Shown in pieces: positions 19,571-28,236 of a stretch of DNA of 64,000 nt (positions are counted from its first letter, which is position 1; the number at the start of each line of letters is the position of its first letter). The position numbers were made by a program, and so were the translations under genes. Source of the DNA: an uncultured virus (IMG/VR IMGVR_UViG_3300037245_001434) (taxonomy: Duplodnaviria > Heunggongvirae > Uroviricota > Caudoviricetes); IMG/VR virus record IMGVR_UViG_3300037245_001434; one strand, given 5' to 3'. Under the pieces are notes generated by a model, which saw nothing but the letters and a program-made list of their open reading frames with translations, was not told where the DNA came from and did not search any database.

Positions 19571-19936
19571 TCACTGGTTAAATTCACTCTCTGAGATTTC
19601 AATCAGCTCTGACCGCTTGCGCCATATCCTATTGCCATTTTTAAGCCTAAGATTAACGTCATCGTATGACGCATCAGCATAAGAACCGTCAACTACACCC
19701 TTCTGCCCGGAGAATTTTTCACCACCACCGATCTTGTAGAAAGTACCACCAGCATCTGGGGTATTTAGCGATGCCCACCATTTAGGCTGCTTACTGCCTG
19801 AGTACTCAGCTCCCCATGGCTCCTGAAAAGAGCCACCGGAATAGTAAGCCTGAGTTACTAAGCAATCAGGCATAAATACCAGAACCATTGTATTTGATTC
19901 GGGCTTTTGCTCTTCAATTTGTTTCCATTCAATCAC
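19571..19936 (-). CDS. cassette 1 gene, DUF551-like N-terminus
   Basis: VIEWKQIEEQKPE..VLVF..KWWASL; GAGG RBS before a GTG start. Confidence 0.55.
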   Translation of the reverse strand: MIEWKQIEEQKPESNTMVLVFMPDCLVTQAYYSGGSFQEPWGAEYSGSKQPKWWASLNTPDAGGTFYKIGGGEKFSGQKGVVDGSYADASYDDVNLRLKNGNRIWRKRSELIEISESEFNQ

Positions 19937-19955
19937 AGGGTCACCTCTCGATACC

Positions 19956-20079
19956 ACATAACAAGTAAATAAACTCAGACCAAGGTCTGGTGTTTCTTTT
20001 CTTAATCTTCCCACTCGTCAAACATATCGCACCTCCTTAAGTTCATAGCCACCTTGGCTGGTGATTATGGTCGTTATAT
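19956..20079 (+). repeat. attC site 1
   Basis: ACATAAC...CAGACCAAGG...CCTTGGCTGG...GTTATAT. Confidence 0.85.
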
Positions 20080-20298
20080 TTCATTAAGCTGAAATGACTG
20101 AAGGGTTAGCACGCACTCGTCGTCATCACATGCTATTGATTTAGTCCATTCAATACCTGAGTCCCGCACGTCTACATGCGACAGCTCCTCGAAACCGCCA
20201 AAGTATTCGGCAAGAGTCTCATAACTAATATCTGAGTAGCCAAACACGCCAAGCACCGAATCATTAGCCCCCTCTGTTAATACGTAATATGTAGACAC
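20074..20298 (-). CDS. cassette 2 hypothetical protein
   Basis: GGAGG RBS, GTG start, stop TAA inside the attC core. Confidence 0.6.
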   Translation of the reverse strand: MSTYYVLTEGANDSVLGVFGYSDISYETLAEYFGGFEELSHVDVRDSGIEWTKSIACDDDECVLTLQSFQLNEI

Positions 20299-20313
20299 AA
20301 ACCACCTCCAAAA

Positions 20314-20400
20314 ATATAACAAGCAAAATCCACCGTGACGCTATAAAGCGCCGTTTTCTTAATTAATCACCGAGTGGCGCAGGTGATTTTCACGTTATAC
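20314..20400 (+). repeat. attC site 2
   Basis: ATATAAC...CACCGTGACGC...GCGCAGGTG...GTTATAC. Confidence 0.85.
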
Positions 20401-20748
20401 CTCTAAAGGCTCATACTTAACTTTCTCAAAATGCCAGTATCCATCGCCAATACCGCCAAGCTCATAATCAGGCGGCTCATAGCACATTCTAAATAAGTAA
20501 TCACCGTCACCACTATCAAATAAATTAAGAGTGTCTTCGTCGTCCATCTCAGCTACTTGCGTTTCTACGTCTTCGAGAATAGCTAAAGGCCAGTGACCCA
20601 CTGAGCCAGCAATAAATGGCGGATTGCCCTCCTGATAAAAGACCTGTACAAGCGCCTCTTTCAGCCTCGAAGGCATAACACGGCATTCGTTCTGACCTGC
20701 TACAACGTCGTTTTTTCCAACTTCATCACCACTTTCACCATCGCTCAT
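20395..20748 (-). CDS. cassette 3 hypothetical protein (starts in attC loop)
   Basis: ATG at 20748 inside attC3; stop in the attC2 core. Confidence 0.55.
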   Translation of the reverse strand: MSDGESGDEVGKNDVVAGQNECRVMPSRLKEALVQVFYQEGNPPFIAGSVGHWPLAILEDVETQVAEMDDEDTLNLFDSGDGDYLFRMCYEPPDYELGGIGDGYWHFEKVKYEPLEV

Positions 20749-20802
20749 CTCTTCATCCTCATGGTGTAATTGTCGCAGGCAGCACAATATAAATCGTTAT
20801 GT
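20673..20802 (+). repeat. attC site 3
   Basis: GCATAAC...CTGACCTGC...GCAGGCAG...GTTATGT. Confidence 0.8.
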
Positions 20803-20952
20803 GGCCTTCCATCCGTAAATAGTGCTCCCAAAAGGCACGATTCCCTCTTTTACCATTGCACCTTCACCAACCACCGCGTTTATTTTCCGCCACCCTTTTG
20901 CGGTTTTAATTCTCTGTCCAACTTGAATATTTTTACTTAATGTATAAGTCAT
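20797..20952 (-). CDS. cassette 4 small protein (51 aa)
   Basis: Manual translation MTYTLSKNIQVGQRIKTAKGWRKI...; stop in the attC3 core. Confidence 0.55.
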   Translation of the reverse strand: MTYTLSKNIQVGQRIKTAKGWRKINAVVGEGAMVKEGIVPFGSTIYGWKAT

Positions 20953-20954
20953 GT

Positions 20955-21266
20955 CTATTTCCCTATTAATTGTGAAGTTGTTGCAAGCTGGGTGAAGCTG
21001 AAAACCGTGTGGTTCATATATCCAGGGGTCTTTTTAAGTAGCCTCTCAACCCACTCACCTAGTCTTTCAGGTGAGTTAGGGGCTTTCCCTCTCGCCTGGG
21101 CGCACCCAAATATGGTCTCACCTTTCAAGCTGAGAAATTCAAATGCTACTGAGGTAACCCATTTCCCGCGTGGTTTCGCTGCGTTCTTTCGGGCTGCTTT
21201 GGTTTTTGCTTCAGAGGTCGCCTTGCCACCTTTAGCCCCAAGTTCCTGCGCTGCTACGTTTACCAT
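20955..21266 (-). CDS. cassette 4 basic protein with KGG-like N-terminus
   Basis: AQELGAKGGKATSEAKTKAARKNA; AGGAG RBS. Confidence 0.6.
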   Translation of the reverse strand: MVNVAAQELGAKGGKATSEAKTKAARKNAAKPRGKWVTSVAFEFLSLKGETIFGCAQARGKAPNSPERLGEWVERLLKKTPGYMNHTVFSFTQLATTSQLIGK

Positions 21267-21292
21267 GTCTCTCTCCTAAGTAAGTAATGGCA

Positions 21293-21320
21293 ATTATAGC
21301 AAAGCGCTTGGGTAAGTCAA
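21293..21320 (-). promoter_or_regulatory. cassette-borne sigma70 promoter TTGACT-N16-TATAAT (extended -10)
   Basis: Direct consensus match, TGCTATAAT. Confidence 0.7.
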
Positions 21321-21332
21321 GTATCCAAACCC

Positions 21333-21401
21333 ACATAACAATTAAATTCACGCGGACAACCTACGCTGCGCTCCGGTTTCCGGTGATTATGGGCGTTATA
21401 T
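21333..21401 (+). repeat. attC site 4
   Basis: ACATAAC...CACGCGGACAACC...GGTTTCCGGTG...GTTATAT. Confidence 0.9.
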
Positions 21402-21403
21402 TG

Positions 21404-21721
21404 CTAGTCCCACACTTTAGTGTTGGCAACCTTCCATATTTGCCCGGTTATGTTTGTTAGCTCTAACATCTGTCGCTCACCAAGCTTTCCAGAGAGTAGC
21501 TCATACAAATTCACTCTCGCTTGCTCTAGTTTTTCCAGCTCTAAAACAGGCACAGCCACGCACTTAGTGGTTGGTTTGGCCGGTAAGTCAGGCAGCATTG
21601 AAAGAGAGTGTGGTGGCTCTATCTGCTTTCCATGCTGCTCAATAACGCAGTTGCACGCATTACATACAGTGCTGCTGTCATGGTACGGTTCACATTGGTC
21701 TTTTGGGTGTTTACAGGTCAT
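21404..21721 (-). CDS. cassette 5 Cys-rich hypothetical protein
   Basis: CKH..C..CNAC; GGAG RBS. Confidence 0.55.
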   Translation of the reverse strand: MTCKHPKDQCEPYHDSSTVCNACNCVIEQHGKQIEPPHSLSMLPDLPAKPTTKCVAVPVLELEKLEQARVNLYELLSGKLGERQMLELTNITGQIWKVANTKVWD

Positions 21722-21740
21722 CTTCTGCTCTCCATCAGCA

Positions 21741-21826
21741 ATATAACAATTGCTTGAATTTTGACGGTTAAAGGTCGTCGTGTTTCCTGGTACTTGGTTC
21801 CGCCGCAAATTAAGCAGGCGTTAGGC
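21741..21826 (+). repeat. attC site 5
   Basis: ATATAAC..TGCTTGAATTTTGACGG...CCGCCGCAAATTAAGCAGGCGTTAGGC. Confidence 0.9.
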
Positions 21827-21858
21827 CGCACAACCAGAGGGCTATGCGGCCTGTATGT

Positions 21859-22350
21859 TTAGCTCTTGGTTTCCACTGTAGTTTTCTGCTCCACTGTTGG
21901 CCGTTGGTCAACAAATCCACAACAATCATTACCACCATCAACAGCGGTGAACGCCTCCTTCTGTGTTGTCACTTTAACGCCAGGGTGTCCAAAAACTTTA
22001 TCCACCAGTCGCTCAACCGTAGCGTTTCGGTCATTTGCAGAGTTCAGCTCTACCCGCATAACCTCCATGCTTATATTGCGTTCTCTAATGCTTACGTCTT
22101 TTTCTCTATCGCTCACTTCTTTGGCCGCTTTCTCAAGTGCATCGGCAGTGGTTTCAGCCATTCTTAGCACTTTAATTAGCTCGGCCTTTTCTTCAAGCTC
22201 TTGGTCTTGGTCTTTGATTCTACCGTTTGCTATTCTAAGTTCTCCCTTCGTTACCTTAGCCTCTGCAATAAAGTCACTCATTGCACCGGCTGTAGCTGCT
22301 GGTAGGTTATCGGCAATTAACTTTTTCATTTCTTTGGTAATATCAGTCAT
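21859..22350 (-). CDS. cassette 6 coiled-coil protein
   Basis: AGGA RBS; heptad-rich sequence. Confidence 0.6.
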   Translation of the reverse strand: MTDITKEMKKLIADNLPAATAGAMSDFIAEAKVTKGELRIANGRIKDQDQELEEKAELIKVLRMAETTADALEKAAKEVSDREKDVSIRERNISMEVMRVELNSANDRNATVERLVDKVFGHPGVKVTTQKEAFTAVDGGNDCCGFVDQRPTVEQKTTVETKS

Positions 22351-22397
22351 CGTCTTTTCCTTTTGTGTGTGTAATTCGTATTTCTTAAGAGGTGCCG

Positions 22398-22484
22398 GCC
22401 TAACACTCACATTCAGCGGATGGTGCTAGTCAAGCGTGTTTACTGGTACAGCAAACCGCCACCGTTGATGCTTAATCGTTATGT
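22398..22484 (+). repeat. attC site 6
   Basis: GCCTAAC...TCAGCGGATGG...CCACCGTTGA...GTTATGT. Confidence 0.85.
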
Positions 22485-22889
22485 GTCTACAGACTCAAGC
22501 ATTGTCCACACTTCGCCATAGGCCTCTTTCACATACCAGCCATTTTCCTCACCATCCACGCCAGATGGCCCAGTAGAAATAAAGCATTTAGCAAACTTAT
22601 GAGTACTTAGCTCCATTATCCCGGTTATTTTTTCCACCGGTATGCCGACTCTTTGATTTGCTACTGATGTAAATCCAATTATCTTCATTCTATTAATCCT
22701 CAGTTCATTCCAAATGCCAATTAGTAAGCTGAACTTCATCTCAGTATCTTGCACAGTTAACGGGCATCCAGTGCAATAAATCATATGCTCTTCAAAATCA
22801 ACAGCCGCATCATTCCCGCACCTAGGGCATGCTTGTACTGCTAACCCATTCCATAAATCACCCCTATTCCCCTCGATACCACATAACAA
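22479..22889 (-). CDS. cassette 7 ORF, Lar-like zinc ribbon plus second domain (start uncertain)
   Basis: CPRCG..CTGC..WNE, then MKIIGF...; stop in the attC6 core. Confidence 0.45.
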   Translation of the reverse strand: MLCGIEGNRGDLWNGLAVQACPRCGNDAAVDFEEHMIYCTGCPLTVQDTEMKFSLLIGIWNELRINRMKIIGFTSVANQRVGIPVEKITGIMELSTHKFAKCFISTGPSGVDGEENGWYVKEAYGEVWTMLESVDT

Positions 22890-23013
22890 TTCAAATTCAC
22901 AGCAGACTTGCTACAGTGTCGCGCTTTTCAATTATGTCGCCGTAAAGTATTACGGTAACATCTGCCAACTCATTGTATTTATTCACGCAAGATGGTGATT
23001 ATGGTCGTTATGT
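22881..23013 (+). repeat. attC site 7
   Basis: ACATAAC...TCACAGCAGACTTGC...GCAAGATGGTGA...GTTATGT. Confidence 0.8.
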
Positions 23014-23042
23014 TTCAAAACCACTTATCAATGGTAACGTAT

Positions 23043-23546
23043 ATGGCTACAGATAATGATATAACAAAAGAACACGCCAATAGTATAAAAGCAGCTGATG
23101 CTGGCAATAGAATTATTGGCATTTTAAAATCGCTATCAACAACATCTTCATCTACCATTGTTTTGTCAGTGATGCTCGTTTTCTTGCTGCATTCATATAT
23201 AGCATTTACATTATGTGATGCCTCATGGGTCGCATCATTTGGCGCATTATTATCCATTTTCTCTATCCTGTTAATTGCATCTGAATCATTATTTTCTGAA
23301 TTTAAAATTGATGTCATGAATATTTATGTAAATGGGTATCAAGATGAAATAGATACATTTGGCAATGACGGAATGTCGTGTCAAATACCAAAGGACAAAA
23401 TTGACTCAGAGCTTGAAGCTAGGCGAAAAAAGTTCAATATTAAATATAAAAACATAAGTCTTTATCTAAAGCTGTCTGTTTTTGGCACCTTAATATGGGC
23501 CTATGCTGGGTTCATAAACTTAAATAAACTAAACCTATGCTGCTAA
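23043..23546 (+). CDS. cassette 8 membrane protein (only sense-oriented cassette gene)
   Basis: About 3 TM segments, visibly AT-rich, ends 4 bp before attC8. Confidence 0.7.
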   Translation: MATDNDITKEHANSIKAADAGNRIIGILKSLSTTSSSTIVLSVMLVFLLHSYIAFTLCDASWVASFGALLSIFSILLIASESLFSEFKIDVMNIYVNGYQDEIDTFGNDGMSCQIPKDKIDSELEARRKKFNIKYKNISLYLKLSVFGTLIWAYAGFINLNKLNLCC

Positions 23547-23550
23547 ATAA

Positions 23551-23608
23551 ACATAACAATCAAATTCAGCCGACGCAAAAAGCCGCGCGGCTGATTTAAG
23601 CGTTATAC
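23551..23608 (+). repeat. attC site 8 (58 bp, classic 59-base element)
   Basis: ACATAACAATCAAATTCAGCCGACGCAAAAAGCCGCGCGGCTGATTTAAGCGTTATAC. Confidence 0.92.
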
Positions 23609-23642
23609 CGCTCTCAGCTTATGCCTTGAGCGGCACTATCCG

Positions 23643-23834
23643 TTAAAACAACTCTATTCTTCGGCTCAAAGTATTAACGTAATTTTCCATTGCTACTACT
23701 TGAACCATAAGTAAACCTTGGTCTACGGCTGTAAGATTTGCATAGGTATCTGTATGCATAAAATCTTTCAGCTTATCTAGCTTACTATCAAGCTCGTGCA
23801 TTTCATCTACTACTCGTTGTTGGTGTGGCTGCAT
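23643..23834 (-). CDS. cassette 9 crAss001_48-like small protein
   Basis: PHQQRVVDE..ELDSKLDKL..F...LL.VQ..AM..Y...LSRRI motif. Confidence 0.7.
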   Translation of the reverse strand: MQPHQQRVVDEMHELDSKLDKLKDFMHTDTYANLTAVDQGLLMVQVVAMENYVNTLSRRIELF

Positions 23835-23857
23835 AGTGCAAACTCCTTAGTAAATCG

Positions 23858-23986
23858 GTATAACAAGTCAAATTCACGCAGACCAAGGTCTGGCGTTTTC
23901 TCTAATAGCTTGGTTGCTTAATACTTATTCATGTCGTATCTCCTTAAGTTTCTAGCCACCTTGGCTGGTGATTATGGTCGTTATAC
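23858..23986 (+). repeat. attC site 9 (close relative of attC1)
   Basis: GTATAAC...CAGACCAAGGTCTGG...GCCACCTTGGCTGGTGATTATGGTCGTTATAC. Confidence 0.85.
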
Positions 23987-24598
23987 CTCATTCCCCCATA
24001 CGTCCCACCCATCGCGGGGCCGTCTAGCAAAAAGCTCTATTCGAGGGCCGTTGCTCATCTGTTCTATCATGTCCTGAAAAAACTCAGGCTTCTTACTGTG
24101 CTTCATAGGGCGCTTAACTTCCCACCATGTAGTGTCTAATCTGGTCTTTCCCTTCGGCATCTTCCCGCGCCTACCCAAAATTAGGTATTCTGTTGTAGGG
24201 CAATACAAGCCTCCTTGCCCCGTTCCTTTTGGTTTCTTGCACCATGTTAGCGTTTGGCAATATTTAAACCCCCACGCCTTTAGCACATCAAAAGCTGCAG
24301 GCAGGTATTTACCTGTAGTCCACAAATATAAATCACAGTTATCAGCGGCCAGCCCTTTCACATTCATCGCGCTTATCTCATCCACGCTCATGGTGTTGTA
24401 TGGCATCTCGCTGTCTTGTGGCTGGTAGCTAGAGCCACGCGGCGCAACACTGGCTTTACCCCACTTCCCATATTGCCAAGGTGGGTCAGCAACTATACAT
24501 TCGTAACCTCCATGAGGTATAACAATACCATCAAGCAGACCCGCTACTGCGCGATTTTCTTCTGGGTTTATCTCTTCATTCATGCTCTTAGCTTCCAT
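23981..24598 (-). CDS. MT-A70 family adenine methyltransferase (cassette 10)
   Basis: IVADPPW, LYLWTT, AWGFKY, HSKKP and IELFAR motifs. Confidence 0.9.
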   Translation of the reverse strand: MEAKSMNEEINPEENRAVAGLLDGIVIPHGGYECIVADPPWQYGKWGKASVAPRGSSYQPQDSEMPYNTMSVDEISAMNVKGLAADNCDLYLWTTGKYLPAAFDVLKAWGFKYCQTLTWCKKPKGTGQGGLYCPTTEYLILGRRGKMPKGKTRLDTTWWEVKRPMKHSKKPEFFQDMIEQMSNGPRIELFARRPRDGWDVWGNEV

Positions 24599-24637
24599 AG
24601 TTTTATTTACGCGGGCGGCTTATGCAAACCGTTATAT
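24517..24637 (+). repeat. attC site 10
   Basis: GTATAAC...AAGCAGACCCGC...GCGGGCGGCTT...GTTATAT. Confidence 0.85.
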
Positions 24638-24865
24638 TGCCCTACTTTTTAACCAATCAAAAATTGCTATTGGTGAATAAGCTTGACCTGGGAACTCATC
24701 AGTAAACTCTAAAATAACCTGCTCCCATGCTGGCACCCACCACCAATCAGTCCAGTCTATAGTGTCATGCCATCCATATATCCCATCTTCGTTTTTACAG
24801 TAGTTGATTCTTGTGTCTAACTCAGCAGCCCTTTTGCATAGCTTTTTAAATTGCCTTGGCTTCAT
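24632..24865 (-). CDS. cassette 11 hypothetical protein
   Basis: MKPRQFKKLCKRAA start; stop in the attC10 core. Confidence 0.55.
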   Translation of the reverse strand: MKPRQFKKLCKRAAELDTRINYCKNEDGIYGWHDTIDWTDWWWVPAWEQVILEFTDEFPGQAYSPIAIFDWLKSRAI

Positions 24866-24871
24866 CTGTCA

Positions 24872-25078
24872 TCACTCCGTAGGCTGTCGAAATCTATGCT
24901 CACCAACAATATCTCGACATAGATCCACACACACATTACAAATGTAAATCTGACTATCTAGAGGAGTTTTATTTGCAACTAAAACCTCTACTTCAGTCTG
25001 ACTCTTGCCACAAAAAGAGCAATATAACAATAGCTTCAACGCAGATTCGGTGCTTTCGTTCATTTTCTCGGTCTCCAT
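24872..25078 (-). CDS. ClpX C4-type zinc-finger protein (cassette 11)
   Basis: [22 protein letters not shown]. Confidence 0.8.
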   Translation of the reverse strand: METEKMNESTESALKLLLYCSFCGKSQTEVEVLVANKTPLDSQIYICNVCVDLCRDIVGEHRFRQPTE

Positions 25079-25116
25079 CGTGTTAATTTCGCTCTCTGGT
25101 TAAGCGGTCGTTATAA
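25022..25116 (+). repeat. attC site 11
   Basis: ATATAAC..GCTTCAACGCAGA...TCTGGTTAAGCGGTCGTTATAA. Confidence 0.75.
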
Positions 25117-26765
25117 ATCACTCATAGTAACTTCGTTTTCATTGGCGATATCTTGCAATATCTGAGCCCTGTTTTTCTCTGCCTTGCCAGTAATATATTC
25201 TCGAATCCACTCCTCTACTCGGCTATTGAATTCATAGAGCGCTGCCAACTTACCCTCATCACAATCAGCAGTACGCATTGCAATATGTAGTGCGGCGTAT
25301 TCGGTCTCATGTCGAGCACCATAGACGGCTTCGGTCAGATGGTCGTCATAATCCTTTTTACTGGTGAGTACCCGGCACAACTCATTGACTTTCCATTGCT
25401 CTATGGCTTCCTCTTCTACACAAAGCTCAGCCATGCCGCCTAGATGCTCATTCAGGTCGCTATCAACCTTGCAGAACTCTGAGTTCAATGACTGACCATC
25501 AATTTGTAGCTCTCTGTTCATCTCATCAACTCAATTACTTTAAGCACTACAACATCAAAAGCGATATATCCAATAAATAATGACGCTACGAATGCACAAG
25601 CTATAAGCATGAGCAATGGAATTGGTGAGTAGGTTTGTTTATTGCTAGTCATTCTGCTTGCCTCTTTATTTCGAATGGGATGATATTGGTTGTTCCGTTG
25701 GTTTCAGCCTCATTCCTTCGAACAGTAGATAGCGGAGTGATGACTAAATCACCATTCCCGTGGTCGACAACCTCGCAATCGAGCATCTTGGTTATGAGGT
25801 ACACTTCCATGGTGGTGATATCTTGGTGCAGACTTATCGGCATCTCATTCATCTCCAGAGTTCCTGAAAAATTCTTTACGCTGAGCCACAGCTACGCATG
25901 GAAGGTGACACCACTTTCCGGCGTAAAACATGGCTGGCTGATCCGGTGTTAATGGTTCGTTGCATTTGCTGCACTGGATCGTCTCTGTTGGTCTTGTTAG
26001 AAGCATAATTTTCTATACTCCATGATCATGCTGTCAAAAACCGGCTTTGCGCCCATTGTAAAACTTGGTCCCCATATTTTAGCGGCCGCCCATATTTCCA
26101 TTTCAATGGTTTCATTGTGTGGTGGAGGCGCAATACATAACTCAAGATAGTGCTCGCGCCATATTTCCCAGCCACGCGAATTTGGTTTTAACGTTACATG
26201 GTCATTCCAATTAATATTGATCACATCAATCTCCTTAATTAATCAGATTGGCAGTGGATAACGAAAGGCGGGTGAGTCACACTCTTACCATTGGAAGTGA
26301 CCAATGAAGCAACATGCCAAACCTTAGATCCTTCTATTGTATCTTCCACCACAAACTCATATGAAATCGTGGACATTTCACCTCGTAACTCATTCTTGCA
26401 CTCAAGCCAGAAGAGGTATTCCATGTATATGGTGAATACCGGGTGATGGCCTTCAGCGACCAACCGGCTACGCTTTTCACGCAGCTCCTTTAGTAACTTA
26501 TCAAGTTTCATGACTTCACCTCTGCCAGCGCCTTTAATGCTAATCGCTCTTCAAAGGTGTCTCGCTCATCTTTCTCGAGGTTAGCCTTCCTGATTTCAAC
26601 ATTATGTTTATTTAGCACAAAATGATGCGGGTCTTCCCGTGGCGGATTCATCATAAGCGCATGGCGTCGATGAAATTTAGCTACTGCATGACCGCCTCTA
26701 TTTTCTATCCCTACAAAAGTGATGTCTTTCTCTCTCATATCAGCCTCATTGTTAAGTAGCAACAT
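25111..26765 (-). other. cluster of small leftward hypothetical genes (25111-25521, 25649-25852, 25997-26224, 26239-26511, 26508-26765)
   Basis: Closely packed co-oriented ORFs, no recognisable family. Confidence 0.55.
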
Positions 26766-26890
26766 TTATCTGTGTTTTGCTTCGATGAGTTAACTTTAGG
26801 CCTGATTGTTGGCGGTGTCAACATATTTTTCATGTCGGGTTGACATATAGCAGGCATATCATTATAGTTACTAAAACACAGGAGCAAATA

Positions 26891-27055
26891 ATGGCTAATA
26901 AAGATAATCACCCCTACAAATCGTCATACCCAAAGAACATTTGGGGAAGGATCGTCGCGGCGCAGCAAAAGTCTGATGAGCACTCAAGCATTATGTCTTG
27001 GCTGCTGAAGGCTGCGCTTGAGAAGCTGAAGAAGGATGAGGGGAAATTAAAATGA
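26891..27055 (+). CDS. small Arc/RHH-like regulator
   Basis: GGAG RBS; short strand-helix-helix-like pattern; divergent from the leftward cluster. Confidence 0.4.
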   Translation: MANKDNHPYKSSYPKNIWGRIVAAQQKSDEHSSIMSWLLKAALEKLKKDEGKLK

Positions 27056-28195
27056 AAGGTGCAAACGAATACTGCAATACCTTTAAAAAAGCCGAGCAGG
27101 TTGGCAGATTGTATTTACTGCCATCAAGCCACGCCAGAGGCCCAACATTTCACATTTATGTTTTACCCGAAGGAGTGGCCGTAATTGAAAACGGCGGACG
27201 CAACCCACCACTAAATAAAAACTCTGTTGAGGTTTATGGAATTATTGGAGGTCAGCCAGGGTGGACTGAAAGCTACGGCTGGCTGCACGATGGTAAATGG
27301 CAAGACGACTTCAACAAGCTTTATGAGCAGCGTAAGGCAGAAATAGAAAAGGCTAGCAAGCTTAATCGTAAGCGGCAATTAGAGCGTGAGCAAGCAGCAA
27401 AGAACACTACTGATGATCTTCTCGGATCGTACACCTAACAAGCCAACAACCAAACTTTGTACGGAAATAACGGAGAGAGAATGCCTGCGACCAATAAACA
27501 ATGCTTACTTATCGATGAGCTGCAGACGCTAGGGGCTGTGATACCTGAAAATTACAGAGGAAACCCAAGCAATGAAATGTACGAGAGCATTGCCGCTGCT
27601 GATTGTTACATAAAAAAATGGATTCACTTAATGCCCTCAACAAAAGTGAGTGCGGGTGAATGGGGCGGCGTACTTAATTGCTGAGCGAAATATAACCGAG
27701 ATAGAAAAGGAATATTGAAATGTGCAAATTAACCGCAAGAGCAAGGCTAAACGAGGCCAGAGAGCAGTATTTAATGGCCAAGCATTACAATGGCATGATT
27801 AGGAATCGTGACCCCTTGAAAGGGTTATGGCTATCTAAATGTGCCATGGCAAAGCGGAGATTGCGCTATTGTTGCAACGCTCTACATTCGGCGCTTAATT
27901 GGGTTGATAGTGATATCACTAAGTTAAGGGCATAATTATGAATGACGAACCGGATTTTATGGAACTTGATGAAGCTGGGCTTGGCGCCGCAGTAGTGAAT
28001 CAGGGTAGTGATGCCATTATTGAGGAGTGTGTTTTCCCACAAAATCAGCCTGACATGTTGTTTTTTTGCCCTTCATGCGGTGGGCCTCATTTTCACTTTG
28101 TTAATTCTGGTACGCTTATTTGCTCATCGGTGTCATTTAAAGATAATGAGCGAGTAAATGGGTGCGGCTGGAAGGGTAAGGTTATCTCAGGTTAA
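27052..28195 (+). other. rightward hypothetical genes (27052-27438, about 27481-27684, 27720-27935, 27938-28195 Zn-ribbon)
   Basis: Co-oriented ORFs ending at a hairpin. Confidence 0.5.
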
Positions 28196-28201
28196 TTATT
28201 G

Positions 28202-28221
28202 CGCCCTCATTTGTGGGGGCG
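28202..28221. terminator. bidirectional terminator between convergent genes
   Basis: CGCCCTCA/TGGGGGCG stem with AT-rich flanks. Confidence 0.6.
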
Positions 28222-28236
28222 TTTATTAACCTAGGT

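Larger units (their letters stand above)
19447..25116 (+). mobile_element. integron-like cassette array 1 (11 attC sites, no intI in window)
   Basis: Repeated TAAC..GAC...CGTTA imperfect palindromes; the start core of each cassette complements its own R'' box. Confidence 0.85.

Noticed and set aside
21420..22429. Plus-strand ORFs 21420-21746, 21844-22167 and 21866-22429 as conventional cassette genes
   Set aside because: Antisense shadows of minus-strand genes that have clear RBS and phage-like composition
19956..25116. CRISPR array or simple terminators as the explanation of the intergenic repeats
   Set aside because: Units vary in length and sequence, lack U tracts, and show attC boxes plus cassette-end complementarity
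27690..27712. ATATAACCGAGATAGAAAAGG as a third attI-like site
   Set aside because: Only weak similarity to 40507-40531, no distal conserved block and no adjacent attC
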